A stretch of 46,448 nucleotides of DNA from a virus (taxonomy: Duplodnaviria; Caudoviricetes). The notes under the pieces were generated by a model. It saw nothing but the letters and a program-made list of their open reading frames with translations. It had not been told where the DNA came from and made no database searches. The first letter of the stretch is position 1; the number at the start of each line of letters is the position of its first letter. This document shows positions 26,621 through 35,819 of the stretch, one piece after another. The translations under genes and the position numbers were made by a program. Where the stretch lies: the IMG/VR virus record IMGVR_UViG_3300010376_000054, positions 1 through 46,448 of that record; one strand, given 5' to 3'.

Positions 26621-27532
26621 CTAATCTCCCTCTCCTAAGTCTCCACCAGTTCCAGCTTCTCCAGAAGTAGTTGGATCACTCATGCTTCCCAGCTTAGTAA
26701 CTAACTCCTTCGTCCCTGTTGTATTATCATCAGGAACTCCTACGGCTGCTCCAGTAAGCTGTGCCGTATTAGGATTGTATTCTAAATATTGAGCTTGGTT
26801 GTAGATATCCTGTGACTTAGTTGTTAACTTCCACCGAACTAATTTAATAACAGTTGGATTAGTAAAATTAAGCGTATAGACGGCAGGTTTTGTTTCATAC
26901 ATCTGCTCATCAAAAATTATCATCTTACCATCCTTGACTGCCATTGCTAATCCATGCTCGCGACATAAACGGGAAACCATTGTCAAATCTGCTTCGTAGT
27001 TCTGAGTAAACGATTCCATCGGAACGTTTTTAGTATTCGGAGCATCCCAAACAAATCCTATGTGATTTCTTGCCGCTACCTGACTAGCAATGTCTTTAAT
27101 ACTAATTCCCGGCCATATCTGATAAACCCAAGTTAGTTTTAACTGCCCACTGATCGGAATGGAAGTCGCTGATATTCTGAGTTGTGTGGGAGGTCCAACC
27201 TGTTCAATAACATCGATCTCAAAATCTCCGCAACGAATAACCACATGACTACCGGGATAATCCGCATTCCAAACATGAATATTAACATTAAGCTTAATAC
27301 CTTTCTTGAGCCATTTGCTTTTGATAAGTTGATCGTGGATATCGGGACAGATGATTTCAAGTGTATCAGCCTGAAATGCGATAACGTCTTCATAGTGCAA
27401 AGATATTGTATTAATAGCTGGAAATAATTTCGTTACATCTATTCCTCCAATAGTAATATCCAAGGTAGTATGATATACCAGTATTCCACTGATACCACTA
27501 ACGCTACCTTGAGCTATATCAAAGAAACTCAT
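26621..27532 (-). CDS. N-terminal part of a gpD-like baseplate hub
   Basis: GGIDVT, ADTLEI, GDFEID, GPP, IA.R, Q.YEADL...RL...G...VKDGK.IIFD. Confidence 0.88.
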   Translation of the reverse strand: MSFFDIAQGSVSGISGILVYHTTLDITIGGIDVTKLFPAINTISLHYEDVIAFQADTLEIICPDIHDQLIKSKWLKKGIKLNVNIHVWNADYPGSHVVIRCGDFEIDVIEQVGPPTQLRISATSIPISGQLKLTWVYQIWPGISIKDIASQVAARNHIGFVWDAPNTKNVPMESFTQNYEADLTMVSRLCREHGLAMAVKDGKMIIFDEQMYETKPAVYTLNFTNPTVIKLVRWKLTTKSQDIYNQAQYLEYNPNTAQLTGAAVGVPDDNTTGTKELVTKLGSMSDPTTSGEAGTGGDLGEGD

Positions 27533-27741
27533 GAATACCTGACTATGTTACCCCAGACTACGGGCGATATGTTTTGTGGCACTAACACTTGCGGAATCTG
27601 GATTATTACATTTTGATCGAACACTTCCGTATTAACATAAGTTAAATTAGCTGCTATCAACTGATCCATGAAATATTCGTTGTTAAACAACCTGAAACTA
27701 ATCAGATCCCAAGTATCTCCCCCGGTAGTTTGGTAAGTCAT
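27529..27741 (-). CDS. P2 gpX-like LysM tail protein
   Basis: YQTTGGDTWDLIS...LIAAN. Confidence 0.9.
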   Translation of the reverse strand: MTYQTTGGDTWDLISFRLFNNEYFMDQLIAANLTYVNTEVFDQNVIIQIPQVLVPQNISPVVWGNIVRYS

Positions 27742-30113
27742 CCAAGATAGTTAGAGTAGCCAAAGCTTCGACGATTAACCTCGAAGGTAGCATCAGCTAA
27801 TGCTTCTCTGAAATGTTGCAAACTTCTCCTACGGATCGACGAATAACGTGATTGTAGCCCATTTGCCTCGTGTACATGAATAGTAGAGTTATCATTGTAG
27901 TTAAGTCTATTAGTGTTGTTCTGTAAAGCTTTCTGAGCCGCATCTAACGTTTGTTGGAGATGAGTTTTTTGTTGCTGATTCTGTGAGGAAATAGTCCTAG
28001 TAGTAAACGGATGATCCCCAAATTGATTATAAGGATCGTATACATCGAACCTTAAATCCCGGTATTGATGCCACATTCCGTTTCGCCAATACCCTTGTGG
28101 AACTACATCACCATACCGGAACTTGCGTCCCATATAGGTAAATACATCTCCACCTTGTAAATGCCATATATCAGCTAACTGTTTTATTAATGCTACATCA
28201 TAACCGGGAACCATGTGCTTAATGAAAGCACCCTCGCCTCTAGCCGATCTAGTATCATAACCGAATTGACCGGGCTTTTCATAACCAAAGTGAGTGAAGT
28301 TAATCCCAGGTTGGTAATTCATAGTACCAACCCATCTACCTTGTGCTCCACCTCCCCCTCCCGGTCCTCCTGCATAAAACGCTCCCGCGTCTCCTCCTTG
28401 TTGACCGGGAGTCATTACTCCATGCGTGTTTTGTCCCCAGAACTTATTCCAAGCATCTCCAACCTGATCTAATATTTTCTTAACACTCTCTAATGGAGTC
28501 TGGATATGATCGTGAATCCAATCGCCCATCCCCTTAATTATTATCTGCCAGTTCTCAGAAGTCTTTTTCCATCCAGCTAACCACTCATTGTTATACCAAT
28601 CTAGCAATCCTTTCCATGCTCCTTTACCCAACTCAACCATCCATTTAAATACAAAATCAAATTGTGCTCCTAACCAATCAATAAATTGTAAAGTCCATTT
28701 TGTTATATCATTCCAAATGTCTCTTAACCATCCTTTGATACCTTCCCTTAATTTGTAGCCAATCGAATCCTTAAAGTTAACAACTGGAAGTGCTCTCGGT
28801 ACAACTCCTTTAGGATAGACTCTCTGGTGAACATACCCAGTATCCCTGAATCTCTTAGGAGTCCCAAACAAGCGATCATTGAGAGTATCTAATGCATCTA
28901 GCGTTTGGTAATAGTGTTTTCTAACCCAGAGAATTGCTCCTCCTAACGCGAATGCTCCTGCTATAGCCGCGCCGAACGGATTACCAAACATCGTGAAGAT
29001 AATCTGGATCTGCTTTAATGGACTTATCAATGCCCACAAAGCTATTCCTAATCCAGTCATGCCTAATCGCCACAATAAGAACCACTTGATTAACTCTTTT
29101 AACCAAGTCCAATTTTGCTTAAACCATTGGATGGTCTTTAGAATTAACTGCCAACCTTTAGCTAACCATTCTCTGAATACCGGGACTACCTTAGTAGTCA
29201 TCTGTGAACCCATATACTTCAACACTTCATTCATGGATTCCAGTGCCTTAGTAACATAAGGTACAACTTCTGGTAAGAGTTGTGAAAATAGAATAGTAAA
29301 TCTCTGTTGTAATTCTAAAGCGGGTTTACCCATTATCTGTATCTGATTCAGCATTAAAGCTTGCGCTTTTGCTGCCTGATACATCATCTTGGTTAAAGGA
29401 TCATTTCTAAATCTTTCTGCTGCTCCTCCATAAGTTTTTGTAAGAGCATCTAATACAATCTTTAAGTTAGCAGAGTAATTTCCCCATTGAGCATTGATAT
29501 GCATGGCACGCTGAGTTATATCATCTAACTCAATGCCCACTGCTTTCAATGGTCGCGCCATTCCGGTTTGAACTGCCTTGCCGATTGCTTCGTAATCCTT
29601 TGGCATTTCTTCAGCCGAAACTCCCATCTTTTCTTGGAAAGCTATTAGATCCTGTATTTGAGAATTAACTTCTTCAATAGCTTTACCCGAAAAATGAAAA
29701 GTTCCTAATATGGCAGAACCCCGTTCAAATATAGTATGGTGTATTCCGGTTTGTTCCTGTAGTAGTTTACTCTGCTTAACTATTTCATCTGTTTGAGTTT
29801 GGTAAGCGTTGGCTCCTTCCTTTTGTACCAAGGTATTATTTTTCAGAAGAAGTTGAATGTTAGTGATTAGATTTGCCTCTTCCTTGTATTTGTTTATAGC
29901 TTGGGTCAATAAACTGTTAGCACTAGAAAGAGCTACATAACCTCCGCCAAAAGCTAACAAGCTTCGCGACATTCCACCAAAGGCAGTTGTCGTTCCTAAA
30001 GCTTGCCTTTGCAAACGAGTAAGATAATTACTAGCCTGACGAAAACTAGCTGGAAGAGAACTAAGAAGTTGTCCTCCAATAGCTAAGGTAGTCTGTATTA
30101 GATTACCGGGCAT
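27738..30113 (-). CDS. Tape measure protein with a C-terminal 3D/DPBB-like domain
   Basis: Helical A/L/Q-rich body, Trp-periodic repeats, hydrophobic segments; lies between the chaperone and gpX. Confidence 0.85.
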   Translation of the reverse strand: MPGNLIQTTLAIGGQLLSSLPASFRQASNYLTRLQRQALGTTTAFGGMSRSLLAFGGGYVALSSANSLLTQAINKYKEEANLITNIQLLLKNNTLVQKEGANAYQTQTDEIVKQSKLLQEQTGIHHTIFERGSAILGTFHFSGKAIEEVNSQIQDLIAFQEKMGVSAEEMPKDYEAIGKAVQTGMARPLKAVGIELDDITQRAMHINAQWGNYSANLKIVLDALTKTYGGAAERFRNDPLTKMMYQAAKAQALMLNQIQIMGKPALELQQRFTILFSQLLPEVVPYVTKALESMNEVLKYMGSQMTTKVVPVFREWLAKGWQLILKTIQWFKQNWTWLKELIKWFLLWRLGMTGLGIALWALISPLKQIQIIFTMFGNPFGAAIAGAFALGGAILWVRKHYYQTLDALDTLNDRLFGTPKRFRDTGYVHQRVYPKGVVPRALPVVNFKDSIGYKLREGIKGWLRDIWNDITKWTLQFIDWLGAQFDFVFKWMVELGKGAWKGLLDWYNNEWLAGWKKTSENWQIIIKGMGDWIHDHIQTPLESVKKILDQVGDAWNKFWGQNTHGVMTPGQQGGDAGAFYAGGPGGGGGAQGRWVGTMNYQPGINFTHFGYEKPGQFGYDTRSARGEGAFIKHMVPGYDVALIKQLADIWHLQGGDVFTYMGRKFRYGDVVPQGYWRNGMWHQYRDLRFDVYDPYNQFGDHPFTTRTISSQNQQQKTHLQQTLDAAQKALQNNTNRLNYNDNSTIHVHEANGLQSRYSSIRRRSLQHFREALADATFEVNRRSFGYSNYLG

Positions 30114-30501
30114 TTCTCTTCCTTACTTCAAACAGCTTTAATTCATCTAATTTTATTTTCCAATCATGAACTATTATATATGTATCAAGTTCTCTATCCA
30201 AAATATCCATAGCATAAAAAGTATACCCTTTTGAAAGAGCGAAACTAACCATATGTCGTAATTCATCCGCACGATATCTAGGTTTCGCTTCTACATAAAC
30301 AATCCTATTATCATTATAAGAAAGTTTAAAATCAACAGGTACAAAATCATTAGGATGGTATACCACTAAAGGAACCCCTTGCATTATCTCGTCAAAAAGA
30401 CATTTTCCTGCTAATATATTTGAAATTACAGTATGTTCCAATACCGAATCAAAAACAGTTCCATAAGCAGGAACTTTTCTTGCTGGTATATATTCAGACA
30501 T
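30103..30501 (-). CDS. PD-(D/E)XK endonuclease-like protein inserted in the tail operon
   Basis: FDSVLE...VDFKL...IVYVEAKP; visibly more AT-rich than the flanks. Confidence 0.7.
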   Translation of the reverse strand: MSEYIPARKVPAYGTVFDSVLEHTVISNILAGKCLFDEIMQGVPLVVYHPNDFVPVDFKLSYNDNRIVYVEAKPRYRADELRHMVSFALSKGYTFYAMDILDRELDTYIIVHDWKIKLDELKLFEVRKRNAR

Positions 30502-30506
30502 AAAAT

Positions 30507-30809
30507 TTACCTACCGGCATTTGGATTAAATCTTGCTAGTCCGGCGGCAGGATCAGACCACTTTACTGCTTCCTCGTTTTCTGCCCTAGCCATTTCCGCT
30601 ATCTCCTGAAAATGTGCCATAAACTTTCTCCAACGCATCCGGTAAAAGTATGACATTGGAGTAGTAGTATACTTCGCCATTCGGATAACTACTGACCGAA
30701 CCGATCCCGAATAGATAACAGGACTACCTTTTTCGATAACATGTTTGCCTTTGTGATCATAGACAACTTGTCTAAATGGATGATCCTTTAGGCAGGTAGT
30801 GCTAAAAAA
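30507..30809 (-). CDS. -1 frameshift extension of the tail assembly chaperone (gpE'/GT-like)
   Basis: Slippery TTTTTTA at 30809-30803; the -1 frame is open to the TAA at 30507 and encodes VVIRMAKYTTTPMSYFYRMRWRKFMAHFQEI. Confidence 0.8.
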   Translation of the reverse strand, partial: FFSTTCLKDHPFRQVVYDHKGKHVIEKGSPVIYSGSVRSVVIRMAKYTTTPMSYFYRMRWRKFMAHFQEIAEMARAENEEAVKWSDPAAGLARFNPNAGR

Positions 30810-31102
30810 CGCATGAACTCGCGCAACATTAACAAACGGTCGCGTGCTCCTATGCTTCGAGTATTATCGTAGACAGTACCATTAATACGAGCAATTATCA
30901 TCATCTGATATTTGCTATCAGTGAGAAAAATACCATTAGCCGGATTTGCTCCTTGAAAAATAGCTGCGTATTCCAGTTCCAAGGAATCCATATCACCACT
31001 ATTCAACTTATCAATATCAATGGAAACTTCTTCCAAGGATCTTCCGTCTGGAAGACTCCAAGGCTTTTGTAGTTTATATACCGCTTTTTCTCCGTTTTGC
31101 AT
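30788..31102 (-). CDS. Tail assembly chaperone (Mu gp41/P2 gpE-like)
   Basis: YKLQKP...LNSGD...IGARD...RFL; position after the tube gene. Confidence 0.8.
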   Translation of the reverse strand: MQNGEKAVYKLQKPWSLPDGRSLEEVSIDIDKLNSGDMDSLELEYAAIFQGANPANGIFLTDSKYQMMIIARINGTVYDNTRSIGARDRLLMLREFMRFLALPA

Positions 31103-31105
31103 AAA

Positions 31106-31483
31106 TTATTCACCAATTTCAGACAGTCCCATCAACTCACAAACAATTAATCCCCCCGCTGTTATAGCAATTGAGAATTGATATCCATGTCCGATCTCAG
31201 CTAAAATTCCACCTGAACTAATAATATTGTTAGTAATGGTCAGAGGAAATGGACTAGCCGCAATTGTACGATATGTACCATCTGGTCCTTTCTTCTGTAA
31301 GTTAACTGTACCCGTTGCAGTAGCATTACCTACTATCAACCAACCAATTCCCTGTATTAAACTACAATCTCCTCCTACGGTAGATGTAGCTTGGGAAGTA
31401 GGCATTATTGTTTCAATAGTGCAATACGGCAAAGGACCAGCAGCACTGATAAGAGTACCACCATTTGAATTAAATAGACTCAT
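31106..31483 (-). CDS. Hypothetical beta-rich virion protein
   Basis: ATGA overlap with the tube gene; fills the gap. Confidence 0.6.
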   Translation of the reverse strand: MSLFNSNGGTLISAAGPLPYCTIETIMPTSQATSTVGGDCSLIQGIGWLIVGNATATGTVNLQKKGPDGTYRTIAASPFPLTITNNIISSGGILAEIGHGYQFSIAITAGGLIVCELMGLSEIGE

Positions 31484-31992
31484 AACCAAGCACGATCTTG
31501 AGCTAAATAATCAACACCATCCACTTCGAATATTAAGTTCCCCTTATCGATGTAACAAACACGCTTACCATTGTTAAAGATCTGCAACGCACTAACCATC
31601 CTAGATACTGTCATGTCCGGTTTGGCTCCTTGTTGCCATCTACCGGGATTAAATTCCTTGGGAAAACAGGTAAAGGTAAAATTCCAAGGAATCTTACTGA
31701 ACTGATTAGAAGTATTATCCAAATACTGAACAACCCCATGCGCGGCTAAGTTCTGGCTAGTTTGCTGTAGGAAACTTTCTACGCCGGGAAACATGGAAAA
31801 AAACGTCATAGTTAGAGTTAGATCCTCAGTATGCCCGATAACAGGAATCATCATCGGACCACCTAACGAACCACCCCTTAACTCATCAGTCTGGTTAATA
31901 ATAGGAGGCAAGGTAATATCCGCAATACCTAAGTAAACCGTCCCATTAACATACAGTCTGAAGTTATTAACCTGATTTGGAATTAGACTCAT
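31480..31992 (-). CDS. Tail tube protein (P2 FII-like)
   Basis: NFRLYVNG..YLG...ITLP...ID..N.I..VDGVDYL. Confidence 0.92.
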   Translation of the reverse strand: MSLIPNQVNNFRLYVNGTVYLGIADITLPPIINQTDELRGGSLGGPMMIPVIGHTEDLTLTMTFFSMFPGVESFLQQTSQNLAAHGVVQYLDNTSNQFSKIPWNFTFTCFPKEFNPGRWQQGAKPDMTVSRMVSALQIFNNGKRVCYIDKGNLIFEVDGVDYLAQDRAWL

Positions 31993-32012
31993 ACGTTTAA
32001 CTTATGTTAAAG

Positions 32013-33545
32013 TTACTGGACAGTTAATCCTCCACCAGATGCTACACCAGATGTAGCAGATGCACTGACTAACGAGAACAAATTGTTTAATCCAGTAACA
32101 TCAAACTCCAAATTGTTCTCAATATCTTCTGCTGGTAACGGAGGAGTCAGGAGATAATGGAATACCAACCTAGCAGATAGCAGACTATTAAGCGGGTTAT
32201 CCACTTGCAGAAATTCTATTAGTCCTTTAAGCAATGCTCCACTGCTAACCAAGCTGCTTAACCAGACTTGAGCAGTTAACATAATAGATTCAATAGTAGC
32301 AAAGTTACCGGGATTATCTACGAACGGACGCAGAGTTAACACCAGTGAATTACCAATCCAATCCAGTTCTCTCTGAACAATGCTATAAACTTGAGTTACA
32401 TCATTAGATACTGGGTAGGCTGCTGTCCGATCCCCCCACGTAAACCAACCCTCTCTAAACTGCTGAAATGTTATAATTCCATTGGAGTTAAGAAAAGTCG
32501 CATCATTCTGACTAACCTTGATTGGAGTACCGTCTGACAGAGCAATTCCAGTAATAGGAAGAAGATTATTGCTAATACCCCAGTATGGAACAGGCGAACC
32601 TCCTCCCGGTGCTTTATCAAAGGATACAACTCCTTCCTGAATCGCACACAAAGTCCCAGCATGAAAATTCAAAACTCCAGCTTGCAAGATGGGCGGCCAG
32701 AATAAATCTTCCCGGCTATCTACAGTAGCATTAGTACCCTTCCAAGCTAATGCACCTTGAGGACTCTTAGCCGTAGTTGGATTATCAATATCAATCATAG
32801 TCCGGCATCTAAAGATACCGTTAACCAATTGAACCTTAGCGTCGGCTGCTAAAGCAACATTAACATTGTTCATCCATCCCGGTGCGTACAAGATACCGGG
32901 AACAATACTCAACTTGGGAAATACATCCTCAATTACCGCTAGTCCATGATTAACATTGTTAACATCCGTTCCACCTACAATAGTGCTGTATACAACTGCT
33001 GCTGGATTCGCTTTGTTGTAACTGACAGTATAAGTAGTCGTAGGACTAGGATCAAGAATAGTAATAACAAAATTGTTACTTTGGTCATATCCAGCTATAT
33101 AGTTAACTCCCTTTACTAACGTTACTGTTCCAGCCGTATTCTTGACTACAACCGAATCAATAATAACATCTGCCGTAGCAAAGGGAATTGTTATGATTCC
33201 ATTGTTACAAACTAACTGACTAGCAGGAACGGCAGTAAAATGAACTGCTGGATTGAATACATTGGAGAAAATAGGACTAGGCTTATCGTTAGCATTAAAA
33301 AGAGTGAAGCAAGCGTAATATGCTTCGCATCCTGTCCAGACACTAAAGTTAGGATCATAACCAAAATTAGCTAAAGTATCTCCAGCATCTAACGCAACAT
33401 AAACCTGATCAACATTAGTTGCGCCTCCCACAATTCTATGTACGGGCCAAAGACCAATAAAAACTGGAACATCTACATCCGCAGTTTGCGTAATACGCAA
33501 TAACGTCGGAAGAACATTCCAAAATGCGCCGTGTTTAATAGGCAT
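32013..33545 (-). CDS. Tail sheath protein
   Basis: KHG, VFIG..PV, ILYAPGW, LNSNGIIT, WGDRTA, PP.PAEDI. Confidence 0.93.
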   Translation of the reverse strand: MPIKHGAFWNVLPTLLRITQTADVDVPVFIGLWPVHRIVGGATNVDQVYVALDAGDTLANFGYDPNFSVWTGCEAYYACFTLFNANDKPSPIFSNVFNPAVHFTAVPASQLVCNNGIITIPFATADVIIDSVVVKNTAGTVTLVKGVNYIAGYDQSNNFVITILDPSPTTTYTVSYNKANPAAVVYSTIVGGTDVNNVNHGLAVIEDVFPKLSIVPGILYAPGWMNNVNVALAADAKVQLVNGIFRCRTMIDIDNPTTAKSPQGALAWKGTNATVDSREDLFWPPILQAGVLNFHAGTLCAIQEGVVSFDKAPGGGSPVPYWGISNNLLPITGIALSDGTPIKVSQNDATFLNSNGIITFQQFREGWFTWGDRTAAYPVSNDVTQVYSIVQRELDWIGNSLVLTLRPFVDNPGNFATIESIMLTAQVWLSSLVSSGALLKGLIEFLQVDNPLNSLLSARLVFHYLLTPPLPAEDIENNLEFDVTGLNNLFSLVSASATSGVASGGGLTVQ

Positions 33546-33793
33546 TATAATACTCCATCCTTAATTAATTGTTCTGCCGCATGAGTAACTGATCCCGCTA
33601 TACCACTAGTTACTTCATCTCTGATCTTAGGCCAATCACTCAAAGGGCGAAGTAAAACACCCAACGCGGGATTATCCGCCAGAGTATCAATTACATTTTC
33701 ATGCAACTGACTATAAATCTGAAATTTCTGTAGTCCTAACTTACTGCTAGTCGGACCTACATAAATCATTGCTTCTTGACTAACATCATTCAT
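33545..33793 (-). CDS. Small conserved protein preceding the sheath gene
   Basis: IYVGPT...GL pattern; TAATG overlap with the sheath gene. Confidence 0.7.
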   Translation of the reverse strand: MNDVSQEAMIYVGPTSSKLGLQKFQIYSQLHENVIDTLADNPALGVLLRPLSDWPKIRDEVTSGIAGSVTHAAEQLIKDGVL

Positions 33794-33796
33794 TTT

Positions 33797-34447
33797 TTAA
33801 TTTCCAAAGCTAGGGTTATAATCCACAGGCGAACCAGTAAAGGTTGATCCTACTCCTTTAATAATAGGTTGTCTCATAGTGCCATCCGGCAAAGATGGAA
33901 AATTAATTTCTAGATCACCTTCCGATATAGTAATAGGAGTTCTCAATCTCCAACCTTGCGTTGCTTCTGCCATAAAGTAAGGAAAGGTTACTTCCGGTGA
34001 TTCGTATATTTTATACCTCGTTTCGTTTTCCATTTGAAAACTATCAATCAAGGTATTCACATACCAAATCTTTCTAATTACCTTCCTTAACAACCTGAGA
34101 CAATCGCGCCTCCCTTGATAGCTTACATCATCATCCCAAGTGCCAACCACAATTTTAGTGTAGATACAACCCTCTGGGATTTGATCTATTCCCTCTGTAA
34201 CATAACAAAGTACAAAAGGAAAAACCGGAATCGTATTGATATCTACAGTCCCGGTTATCTGCTTTGGAACCATACTGGAATAAACAGCAGGAGTCCCAAC
34301 TGCTTGTCCATTTAAAGAAGCGGCAGTAGAATCATTAGGATCAACCAAATGATATTTAATCTTTAGAGTCTCATCGTTAGTCCAATTGGATATATAATCC
34401 ACTAATGCATCCTCTAAGACTATCTCTATGCCTCCACCAGTATTCAT
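33797..34447 (-). CDS. Tail terminator/completion protein
   Basis: FPFVL...IVVGTWD...G.RD...FPYF...W; position in the neck genes. Confidence 0.7.
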   Translation of the reverse strand: MNTGGGIEIVLEDALVDYISNWTNDETLKIKYHLVDPNDSTAASLNGQAVGTPAVYSSMVPKQITGTVDINTIPVFPFVLCYVTEGIDQIPEGCIYTKIVVGTWDDDVSYQGRRDCLRLLRKVIRKIWYVNTLIDSFQMENETRYKIYESPEVTFPYFMAEATQGWRLRTPITISEGDLEINFPSLPDGTMRQPIIKGVGSTFTGSPVDYNPSFGN

Positions 34448-35079
34448 GGATGTAGTAACTGTCTCTTAATCTGGTAGTTCAACCGTTCAGCAAACCTAGT
34501 ATCCATCACTGTTTGCAAGTAACCTCTAATCCTATGCCCTCGAATCATCTCAGATGGACTAATCATAAACCGTTCTTCGATAGCCCAATTACCAGTTCTA
34601 GCTTTTCGCTTTGGATCTTTTCGTCTGAATACACCTATATGTCCACTAGCCATCTTAGCTAAAAACATGTTCCTAGATCCGATATGGTAAGTTCCTTTGA
34701 TTGTGGATACCGAAATATTCTTTCGATTAATAACAGGAACTCCCGCTTGACTAGGAGGCTGCTTTGGATCGACTGTAAATCGCATCTCAGGAAAACGAGT
34801 ACTCCTAGTAATAATACCTCCCCGCAACTCTCCACCTTCCTGTTTAGGCTTAATTTTTATTAACTGAAACTTAGCTGCATGTGTTTGATCCAGAAGCGAT
34901 TTTCTAGTGATAGCATAAGCATTAGTAATCGATCTGATTACTCTAGGAGCAGTATACTCAACTGTATCTATGATAGCATACTTAATAGCTATCTGAGCTT
35001 TTTTAGGCATTGTGCGAAATGCTAACAAGGCAGGTTCAAAACCTAATGGAGTTACCGTTATTAGCGTCCGATTAGCCAT
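34444..35079 (-). CDS. Minor tail protein Z-like; probable start MANRT at 35079
   Basis: FLAKMASGHIGVFRR...IEE...SPSEM; basic composition. Confidence 0.8.
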   Translation of the reverse strand: MANRTLITVTPLGFEPALLAFRTMPKKAQIAIKYAIIDTVEYTAPRVIRSITNAYAITRKSLLDQTHAAKFQLIKIKPKQEGGELRGGIITRSTRFPEMRFTVDPKQPPSQAGVPVINRKNISVSTIKGTYHIGSRNMFLAKMASGHIGVFRRKDPKRKARTGNWAIEERFMISPSEMIRGHRIRGYLQTVMDTRFAERLNYQIKRQLLHP

Positions 35080-35081
35080 AC

Positions 35082-35450
35082 TTACATAGTCGGTTCTGCT
35101 TGTTGTAATCCAATCCGATATGCTCGATGAAGTATCATCTGACAGAATATAACAGTCCAAGCTGTATCTCTAGGCGACCAGATCATCTGTCCTCTTAAAG
35201 GTCTGCTAGGCCAATCTTTAACTCGAGTTAAAACTAACACATCTCCTACCATTAACTGTCCATAGGTCACAACTGCTGGTAGATTGCGAAGTGAATCGTG
35301 ATTCCAGATAACTTTCTTATTAGAAACGATTCGAGTATTATTTGATCCTCTAGTAACAAATTCTCTAGCTTCAGCATACTCTTCCATTTCCAGAAAAGTA
35401 TCTTCCAGATCTTCCTCGAATACATCTCTGAAATCACTTTGGCTTAACAT
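35082..35450 (-). CDS. Head-tail joining (gpFII-like) protein
   Basis: FRDVFEEDLEDTFLEMEEYAE N-terminal pattern; position. Confidence 0.7.
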   Translation of the reverse strand: MLSQSDFRDVFEEDLEDTFLEMEEYAEAREFVTRGSNNTRIVSNKKVIWNHDSLRNLPAVVTYGQLMVGDVLVLTRVKDWPSRPLRGQMIWSPRDTAWTVIFCQMILHRAYRIGLQQAEPTM

Positions 35451-35784
35451 TCTTTCCAGCTATAGGAGTTGGTCTGGTTACTCTCTGCACTTGCCGAGAT
35501 AACATTTCCTGTTGTGGAGTCAAAGGCATTAAAAAGGTAGGCTGAATAGATTGTATTTCGGGAGCTTCCTCATCGGGAGACTCTTTAACTAAACCTCTCT
35601 TAGCCCACTCTTTTACTACATCTAAAGGCACTATAGTAGGAACCAAATTTCCCGGCTCTACTTCCTGATCTCCATCCATCTTTGGACCGTACAATTCCAC
35701 TCGGTCCAAGATAGGCATATCAACCTCATCAAAACCTCTATGATCACTATGCCAGATAATATTTGTTAATGCTCTATAAGCCAT
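35434..35784 (-). CDS. Small protein after the capsid gene (gpFI-like position)
   Basis: AAAGGAAACGGAG upstream; function inferred from synteny only. Confidence 0.6.
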   Translation of the reverse strand: MAYRALTNIIWHSDHRGFDEVDMPILDRVELYGPKMDGDQEVEPGNLVPTIVPLDVVKEWAKRGLVKESPDEEAPEIQSIQPTFLMPLTPQQEMLSRQVQRVTRPTPIAGKNVKPK

Positions 35785-35819
35785 ATCTCCGTTTCCTTTT
35801 TACTAGCCATAGCTAGCTG

